Shown piece by piece: positions 1 through 6,137 of a stretch of 7,845 nucleotides of DNA. Both the position numbers and the translations under genes were made by a program. The stretch is from Candidatus Heimdallarchaeota archaeon B3_Heim (lineage in GTDB: Archaea; Asgardarchaeota; Heimdallarchaeia; Hodarchaeales; Hodarchaeaceae): NCBI GenBank assembly GCA_003144275.1, contig NJBF01000081.1, positions 1 to 7,845 of the forward strand, in the 5' to 3' direction. Below the pieces are notes generated by a model. That model searched no databases and was not told the DNA's origin. It saw only the letters and a list, made by a program, of their open reading frames with translations. Numbering within the stretch: position 1 is the first letter of the stretch; every line of letters starts with the position of its first letter.

Positions 1-932
1 CTATAATAGGTCTCAATCGTGAAACGCTGCCGATAAAGCTCATTTATCCGTCTTCCTGAGAGAACACAGGTGGGAGGTACAATTAAAGCCATGATACGAT
101 CACCTGCTCGACAAAGAGCGAGCTTAACGGGAAGCCGTTTCCGAGTATGACCTTTATTCATTCGATAGTCTACAACCAAATGTGTTCCTTTTTGACGTAA
201 CTCTTCTTGGTGTTTTTGCACCAAAGGTTTAACACCTGCATTAACACGTCCTCGAATGATAAAAAAAACTTGCTTATGAATAAGCCACTGGATTAAATCC
301 CAATTATAAAATCCACCATCCGCAAGTACTCCAACAATTCGTTCTTGAGTGAGTAGAGGTGTCAAAAGGCTCTGAACCGTCTTGAAAGTCGAATGCTTTA
401 TAGGGAGAAGTTGGACTGCTAACGTGATTGGTTCGGGTGCATTTAACCAAATGACTGTGATATATTTATAAGACTGGTGGGTACTGGCTTTCTTCCTACC
501 TTTACAGATATAAGCGGATAAAGTTTTTGCATAATTAGGATCAGTATGGAAGTCGATCGCTAGCAACATTCCTTGCTTCCGAGCAAACTGAAAGTTCTCA
601 GGCAGACTCTCTAAGAATTGGTAGAAACCAGTTTGTTGCGAGGTTGTTATGTCTTCAACTGATTTGGTTTTTAACCATGCTAAAGTAGCTTCACCTGAGG
701 GGATTGGGAGGTTTTGCTCTCGTAGATCTCGAGCTTTGCGAGAAATTGAGGTTCGATCTATAGCGGTAAGTAAAAGTAATTTCAATCGATTTTTCATTTT
801 GAAAGGTGAGCTACTTGGGATCGGGTTTAATAAGATTTGAAATTTATCTAACCAGCGTACTACAAAGTTTATAAGGGTCGGTGTATTTCGTGCTTTCCGT
901 GGTGGAAAGCGAGGTAGTTTTATTTTGTCCAT
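1..932 (-). CDS. ISH3/IS4-family DDE transposase, 3'-truncated by the window edge (310 codons visible)
   Basis: Manually translated, stop-free from ATG 932 to position 3: MDKIKLPRFPP...GMLLAIDFHTDPNY...KGRKKASTHQSYKYITV...GVLADGGFYNWDLIQWL...FFIIRGR...NELYRQRFTIETYY. Catalytic D (AIDFH), D (LADGGF) and E within the IS4-type Y-x2-R-x3-E motif (YRQRFTIE). Absent from the ORF track, probably because no stop codon falls inside the window. Confidence 0.92.
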   Translation of the reverse strand, partial: MDKIKLPRFPPRKARNTPTLINFVVRWLDKFQILLNPIPSSSPFKMKNRLKLLLLTAIDRTSISRKARDLREQNLPIPSGEATLAWLKTKSVEDITTSQQTGFYQFLESLPENFQFARKQGMLLAIDFHTDPNYAKTLSAYICKGRKKASTHQSYKYITVIWLNAPEPITLAVQLLPIKHSTFKTVQSLLTPLLTQERIVGVLADGGFYNWDLIQWLIHKQVFFIIRGRVNAGVKPLVQKHQEELRQKGTHLVVDYRMNKGHTRKRLPVKLALCRAGDRIMALIVPPTCVLSGRRINELYRQRFTIETYY

Positions 933-1021
933 AATGGCTACTAATTGCTTTTCTCCACATTTAAGTCTTTCCCCTTCGAGATTTCATGAAGATCACCCTC
1001 TCCCATAGTTACGAAGTACTG
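1..1021 (-). mobile_element. Insertion sequence, ISH3 family (IS4-like DDE), left part; continues beyond position 1
   Basis: Contains the DDE transposase ORF. On the minus strand the sequence from 1021 reads CAGTACTTCGTAAC, which fits the C-GT terminal consensus I recall for ISH3-family IRs and lies 89 nt upstream of the ATG. The partner IR and target duplication are outside the window, so the end is inferred. Confidence 0.75.
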
Positions 1022-1267
1022 GTTGGTTATTGCACATCTATAATTTTTTTCCAAATTATTTTTGAAAAAAAGATTTAGTGCAGATGAGGCGTACGCCTTT
1101 TAATGTCTGTTATATAATAAAAAATTAAATTTGTTCACTTCTTTTATGATTAAATCGAATTCAAAAGATAACTACTTATTCCTTAAAAAAAAATTTAGGT
1201 TCCCCATCTTGAAACAAAAAATTATTGCTTTCACCTTCAATGAAATGCTAAGGAATATTGTAACACG

Positions 1268-1299
1268 AACGTCGTCCATGGCTGGTTTAGATTGGAAAA
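1268..1299 (+). repeat. Direct repeat copy 1 (32 bp)
   Basis: aacgtcgtccatggctggtttagattggaaaa; 31/32 identical to 2518-2549, first 25 bp identical. Confidence 0.95.
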
Positions 1300-1355
1300 G
1301 GATATACCAAGTTTAGAGCGGTTATTTCTGGAGAAGAATCTAAAAATGGAAAAAT

Positions 1356-2468
1356 TTGCGTGGAATAATAGTGATTAAGAAAAACCAATTGCTTCTTTCT
1401 GAGGAAGAAAAACAGATTTTAGACGCAATTCTATCATTAGAAATGTACCCCTCTGCAATTAAGGAGGAAGAAGATGAAAGAACCAAACAAGGGGATAAAT
1501 TAGTCCCTACTCAAGATTATATTTGTAAACGGGGAAGATTGATTCAGAAATTATCTCCTAGTGAACAAACATGGATTAAAGACTGGAAAATTCCATTTAA
1601 GCTTCTGTGTACTAAAGATTTGATTCAAAAAGATAACATTAAAGACACCAACCTCATATATACACTAACACACTTAGGTAGGTCACAAGCTAAACAGGTG
1701 AGGCGAGAACGAATTGGCAAACAATTCAGTGATACTCTTGTTCGAAGTGATCAGAGTAAAGCCAATTCTTCATTTTGTTACCAGGTATTTGGAAAGGATC
1801 TGAGCCAGGCGAATATGATGGACATGATACAATTGGATAAACTACTCGAAGTGCTCAACCTTACTTCTGGAAACAGGGTACTGGACTTAGCGTGTGGTGT
1901 TGGTAGGATAACAGAATACATTTCTGATATTACTCAAGCTCATGTTCTTGGCATTGACATCGCTACGATTGCTATTAAACGTGCCCAAGAACGAGCTCAA
2001 AAAAAAAAGAATCGCTTGGAGTTTCAAATAGGAGATATTAATAATCTGCCTTTAGATATAATAGATGTTGATACAGTTATAGGAATTGCGGCTGTTCATT
2101 ATATAGAGGATTTAAATAAGGTAATTGATCAAATAAAAGGAATTTTACCTCCAAATGGTCAAATGGGTTTTTTTACTTTCCAATATTGCACTGCTACTGA
2201 TTCTCCTGAAATTTTGCTTCCAGAAAATACCACTCTTGGACAAATCTTGAAGAATAATGGGTTAAGGTTTCAAACTTGGGATTTTACTGATAAAGAGATA
2301 GAGATACGGCACAAACAACTTCGAATTGCGAGAGACTTGATGAAGGATTTTCAAAAAGAGGGGAATAAGGATTTATGTGAAGACCTAATTGAGGAATGTG
2401 AGGTAGATTTACCACATTTGGAAACTGGTAAAAAACGCCGCTATCTTTATCATGTACAATTAAAGTAG
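1356..2468 (+). CDS. Class I SAM-dependent methyltransferase with ~110-aa N-terminal extension (wHTH-like)
   Basis: SAM-binding motif I VLDLACGVG, acidic end of strand 2 (VLGIDIA), IGDINNLP, and D-x-V...AAVHY and ILPPNGQM motifs. The N-terminal LLCTKDLIQ...YTLTHLG resembles a wHTH wing. Start uncertain (TTG 1356, GTG 1371, first in-frame ATG 1443). Substrate unknown; no DNA-MTase DPPY/NPPY or PC motif seen. Confidence 0.9.
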   Translation: MRGIIVIKKNQLLLSEEEKQILDAILSLEMYPSAIKEEEDERTKQGDKLVPTQDYICKRGRLIQKLSPSEQTWIKDWKIPFKLLCTKDLIQKDNIKDTNLIYTLTHLGRSQAKQVRRERIGKQFSDTLVRSDQSKANSSFCYQVFGKDLSQANMMDMIQLDKLLEVLNLTSGNRVLDLACGVGRITEYISDITQAHVLGIDIATIAIKRAQERAQKKKNRLEFQIGDINNLPLDIIDVDTVIGIAAVHYIEDLNKVIDQIKGILPPNGQMGFFTFQYCTATDSPEILLPENTTLGQILKNNGLRFQTWDFTDKEIEIRHKQLRIARDLMKDFQKEGNKDLCEDLIEECEVDLPHLETGKKRRYLYHVQLK

Positions 2469-2517
2469 AGAAATTACCAGTTTTTGAAACAATGGATCCT
2501 AAATTCTCCTGATCTTT

Positions 2518-2549
2518 AACGTCGTCCATGGCTGGTTTAGATAGGAAAA
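2518..2549 (+). repeat. Direct repeat copy 2 (32 bp)
   Basis: aacgtcgtccatggctggtttagataggaaaa; exactly 1250 bp after copy 1 and 49 nt past the methyltransferase stop. Confidence 0.95.
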
Positions 2550-2680
2550 ATATAAACTGAGGTATATACTTTCATCAATTCATCTATAAGGGTTCAGTCA
2601 ATCAAGGTAGATTTGATATCAAAGACTCCTATCTGTCTATTAACGTTGGTTAAACGACATATCCATAATTCGAATTTCTC

Positions 2681-5671
2681 TTATGTTTCACACTTGTAAG
2701 GGTCCTCAATGGCTATCAATGGTTCCCAAGGATCGTCAAAAGTACTAAAGCCAAACAGTCCTATCCACCCCTCATTTTGTGGGAACAACCAGTAATTCCT
2801 CGCTGAAGGTACACCAAGAGAATACTGTTCACGGTTACAAAATCCCTTATGAAGGTGGCCAGACACTACAATGTCACTTATTCTTACTTTTTTACCATTC
2901 ACAGGTTTTGAAAAATTCGTTCGCCAGTTGTAAACTTTCTTTGCAGTGATTTCTTGTTTACCCAGATATTGTTCCATCTTAGAATTATGACCATGAATAA
3001 AAATAAGATCTTGATAAGGTTTCAGAGACCAGCGGATTTCTGTCATGGTATTAATTGGTTTTCGCCAACGAAAATATCGCATGTCGTAATCATGGTTCCC
3101 TAAAATAAAAATCGTCTTATGGAGTAGGTTTAACTGGTCCAATGTCTCGTAAAGGATAGATAGTTGAGCTCTTGCGATAGTAAAATCATGAGCGGCTAAT
3201 CGATCAATGGTGTCTCCGAGAAAGATGATTACTGAGGCATTTTTCAGAGGTTTTACTAGAGTATAACAAAACTGTCGAAAATTAACCTCCTGGCCATTGA
3301 TTGTGATTAGCTGGCCATTGAAATGCAGATCGGCAATGCATCCCACCGTGAAATGATAATCATCTAGATATCGGTGAAAACGGTTTTTCTTTTCTTGATA
3401 AAGAGTTTGTGTCTGAACATTCTTTTGCTCTTTCTTGTTCTTTATCTTATTCCGAGTCTTTTTTAGCAGTATCCATTGTTGATAAAACATGGACGCCAGA
3501 CCAAGGTTGCTGGTATCAATTAGTAGCGATCCTAACCCCAGTTCTTCATGATAACAGGTGGTTGATCGAAACACTGACCGATCAATGTTGAGTATATCAC
3601 AGTATTTTCGGATTTTCCTTTCCACTGGAATTGTAATCTTCTTTTTCTTTATAAAAATCCCTGTATAATCGGTATTCTGAGCTAGCGGGACATTGTTCAA
3701 GTCAAATGATCCTGTTCGTATATCTTTTTTGACTACTCGCTCTGTTTCAATGACTTCAACAAGGGCTGCATTAATTTTCAGGTCATGTGCTAAGATTTCG
3801 GTGGCAGTTATCGTCTTTTTAACCTTGTTTTTCATAGTGTATAATTCAAGAAAGCCCTTTGTCACATAGACGGTTTTCGCAGTGGGATTGATTTCAACGA
3901 CCTGATAGGTATCATCTATGTAGGTTAATGTTTGACTTGGGAGTCCTCTGCGAAACAGTTCCAAGAGACGGATTGTGCCTAGCTTCCTCTCTTTCGAAGT
4001 CTTTGTGCGTAAGATAACAGTGTAAATTTCTGTACCAAACCGTCTGGGAAACGCATGAATCCACCTCTTTGTTGTTGCAGTAGGACAAATCTGCTCATCA
4101 GAACCCACTGTGACCACATGTTCATCTAGTAATTTGATATATGCCTGTTCGACTTCCTGTAGATAACTCGAATCATCCCTTCCATAAAATCCCTTCTTCA
4201 ACTGATCTACAATATTCCAAAAGCCGAATACCACTCCCATTACTATAGCATACTGCAATGTTAACGGAGTAAAAAGGGGCGTTTGGAATGGAGGAGGTTC
4301 TTCTTGGAAAATAAAGTGAGCTAGAGCATCAACATTAGCTGCTTTATTATTTTCAAAGGTATTCGATGCACGTAAGATAATATCAATTTTCCCCTCCTGT
4401 GACGGATCACGGTTGGAGCGTCCTCGTTGTTGAAGATATTCACGATCACAATGGGGAATGCCATAAAAAATCACCCAAAACGCATCAGGGATATCTAACC
4501 CTGTCTGAATGATGCTTGTAGCGACCAGGCAGATTTGAAGACGGTTATGGCGAAAGTTCCGAATTCTTTTCGCCACTGTCTTAGAGAGCATGTCCCCATG
4601 TACGGTGGTAAAATAGGCAGAAAAGGTGCCTATGAGCTTTTTGATATCGATGTCGCGCTTGTTATTCAAAAACAATATGATCTTCCGTGGCACATACTTG
4701 TTTCCTGGTTTAACTTTCGCACGTTCCGCTTGAATATAGGTTTTAACTTCCTGAACAAAATATTCTAGGAGCTCTTGAGGTTCATCTTCACAATAGACAT
4801 TGATATTAGTGGTACCTCTTCGACCCAGACCCGTTTGATCTAGATAGTCACTTTCTGGCCCAAAAAACAGGGTAGCAAACAGATCAGGATTACTCACGGT
4901 CGCTGAAGATAGAATCACTTTAATCCCTGGATTTTTCCTGATTAAAAAACGAACGAAGATGGATAGACAGAGTAGCACAGAAAGCGGATACGAATCAACC
5001 TCATCGATCAAAATAATGGAGGGGGAAGAGAGTTTTTCCGCCCAGCGATAATTAAAAGACGAAAACACCTTCCCCCACATATCACGGTCGCCCAGCTGAT
5101 CTAAGACTTCTTGATATTCGAGCTGTCCCATAAGAGAAAAACTGGTAAATGACCCTAACAGCATAAAGGGTGTCATAATAAACACCGCTGCACGATCCTG
5201 GCCCTCACGCACCTGATCTCGAATCAGCGCGTTTTCTTCTTCAGTATCCTTATAATATGCGACAATTTGACGGGTATCGCTAAGTCGTCTCATGAAAGTA
5301 GCGAATTTATCCTTGAGTTCTTCCGCTAATCCGCGATTATGTGCTAGGACAAAAGCATAAGAATCCTCCTTTAACGTTTCATGAAGAGTATAGACACACA
5401 TCGCCTCACTTTTACCGCGAGCCGTTTTCCCACGAAGAATGTAAAACTGATGACCAGTTTTACTAAGCATTTCATGCTCAATCAAGGGACGACGCTTTTT
5501 AAAATAATCCAGTTCAACATCGGAAATGTAACACTCCAAAAAGTCTACATACGGCGTACGGGAATAATCCTCCTCAGGAGGTTCAGTACTCGCCAAGGTA
5601 CCTCCCAAAATAGACACAGGAGGAGAAAGAATAGTGTGTTTTCCTCGAAGTCGAGTAGATTTACTAGTCAA
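2681..5671 (-). CDS. SF2 helicase (YprA/Hrq1/Lhr-like) fused to a C-terminal calcineurin-like metallophosphoesterase
   Basis: Helicase motifs: I GKTARGKS (5408-5431), Ia AHNRGLA, Ib TPFML, II DEVD (4994-5005), III SSATVSNP, IV LFLNNKR, V ATSIIQTGLDIP, VI QQRGRSNR (4409-4432), followed by a YprA-like LPSQTLTYIDDTYQVVEIN segment. MPP motifs from aa ~774: ADLH, GDTID, GNHD (3089-3100), HGH, GHLH (2849-2860). The TTG start at 5671 is uncertain. Confidence 0.9.
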   Translation of the reverse strand: MTSKSTRLRGKHTILSPPVSILGGTLASTEPPEEDYSRTPYVDFLECYISDVELDYFKKRRPLIEHEMLSKTGHQFYILRGKTARGKSEAMCVYTLHETLKEDSYAFVLAHNRGLAEELKDKFATFMRRLSDTRQIVAYYKDTEEENALIRDQVREGQDRAAVFIMTPFMLLGSFTSFSLMGQLEYQEVLDQLGDRDMWGKVFSSFNYRWAEKLSSPSIILIDEVDSYPLSVLLCLSIFVRFLIRKNPGIKVILSSATVSNPDLFATLFFGPESDYLDQTGLGRRGTTNINVYCEDEPQELLEYFVQEVKTYIQAERAKVKPGNKYVPRKIILFLNNKRDIDIKKLIGTFSAYFTTVHGDMLSKTVAKRIRNFRHNRLQICLVATSIIQTGLDIPDAFWVIFYGIPHCDREYLQQRGRSNRDPSQEGKIDIILRASNTFENNKAANVDALAHFIFQEEPPPFQTPLFTPLTLQYAIVMGVVFGFWNIVDQLKKGFYGRDDSSYLQEVEQAYIKLLDEHVVTVGSDEQICPTATTKRWIHAFPRRFGTEIYTVILRTKTSKERKLGTIRLLELFRRGLPSQTLTYIDDTYQVVEINPTAKTVYVTKGFLELYTMKNKVKKTITATEILAHDLKINAALVEVIETERVVKKDIRTGSFDLNNVPLAQNTDYTGIFIKKKKITIPVERKIRKYCDILNIDRSVFRSTTCYHEELGLGSLLIDTSNLGLASMFYQQWILLKKTRNKIKNKKEQKNVQTQTLYQEKKNRFHRYLDDYHFTVGCIADLHFNGQLITINGQEVNFRQFCYTLVKPLKNASVIIFLGDTIDRLAAHDFTIARAQLSILYETLDQLNLLHKTIFILGNHDYDMRYFRWRKPINTMTEIRWSLKPYQDLIFIHGHNSKMEQYLGKQEITAKKVYNWRTNFSKPVNGKKVRISDIVVSGHLHKGFCNREQYSLGVPSARNYWLFPQNEGWIGLFGFSTFDDPWEPLIAIEDPYKCET

Positions 5672-5749
5672 TATCTTTCACTAGAGATTGTTTATTTACC
5701 TTTTATATTCAGAATCGCATACATTTTTCAATGATATTAGGTAATAAGT
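5672..5749. promoter_or_regulatory. Divergent promoter region with a TATA-like box (ttttatat, 5701-5708)
   Basis: 78-bp AT-rich gap between the divergent helicase and MazG-like genes. The box reads ATATAAAA on minus about 30 nt before the helicase TTG (leaderless geometry) and TTTTATAT on plus about 42 nt before the MazG ATG. Confidence 0.4.
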
Positions 5750-6061
5750 ATGGAATTGACACAATTAGCTGCTGAAATTGATTCTTTCATCAACAACCAT
5801 GGCGGATACTGGGATCCAGCCTGGCTTCTTTCTGCCCTGACTGAGGAACTTGGTGAATTGTCCCGTGCCATACAAATTTTTGCTGGTATAAGGAATAAGG
5901 GGGTATCTACTGATTCTCCTGTGATGATTCAGAATATAAAAGAGGAAAGTGGTGATTTACTATTTGCTTTACTTTGTTTAACAAATAAATTCCATATAGA
6001 TTTGGAAAAAGCGCTGTTAAACACCCTTAAAAAGTACAAGCAACGGGAATCTGGCACATAA
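5750..6061 (+). CDS. MazG-like nucleotide pyrophosphohydrolase (YpjD-type, single domain)
   Basis: Metal-binding helices LTEELGELSRAI and IKEESGDLLFALLCLTNKFHIDLE; N-terminal EIDSFI...GGYW pattern and 103-aa size match YpjD-like all-alpha NTP-PPases. Confidence 0.9.
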   Translation: MELTQLAAEIDSFINNHGGYWDPAWLLSALTEELGELSRAIQIFAGIRNKGVSTDSPVMIQNIKEESGDLLFALLCLTNKFHIDLEKALLNTLKKYKQRESGT

Positions 6062-6137
6062 ATTGCCGCTAGCTGATATTATATATTCCAGTGTTAGGAA
6101 GGATAATTCAAACAGAAAATATAACGGAAATGAATTT

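Noticed and set aside
649-840. 63-aa plus-strand ORF
   Set aside because: Antisense shadow of the transposase; no motifs.
1131-1316. 61-aa plus-strand ORF running through repeat copy 1
   Set aside because: TTG start, low-complexity AT-rich composition and no recognisable motif; a small peptide cannot be fully excluded.
1999-2008. A10 homopolymer in the methyltransferase as a phase-variation switch
   Set aside because: In frame (QKKK), and long A/T runs are common in this AT-rich window; only read-level length variation would support it.
2284-2529. 81-aa minus-strand ORF starting inside repeat copy 2 (MDDV...), with a TATA-like tttatat about 20 nt upstream
   Set aside because: Mostly antisense to the methyltransferase, and the matching ORF from copy 1 ends after 35 codons with unrelated sequence. 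At most an antisense transcript; not supported as a protein.
1268-2549. Repeat pair as a CRISPR array or Xer dif site
   Set aside because: Only two copies with 1218 bp between them and no cas genes; no 11-6-11 inverted-arm symmetry.
2681-5671. Higher GC in the helicase as evidence of horizontal transfer
   Set aside because: Hand-counted 60-nt lines varied widely (about 28-50% GC) in both the helicase and the RDD gene; needs a proper GC/codon-usage computation.
3409-5734. Plus-strand ORFs 3409-3591, 4535-4768 and 5381-5734
   Set aside because: Antisense to the well-supported helicase-MPP gene; no motifs.
6063-6137. 25-aa N-terminal extension of the RDD protein from TTG 6063
   Set aside because: Hydrophilic, intergenic-like sequence ahead of a clear ATG plus signal/TM start at 6138.
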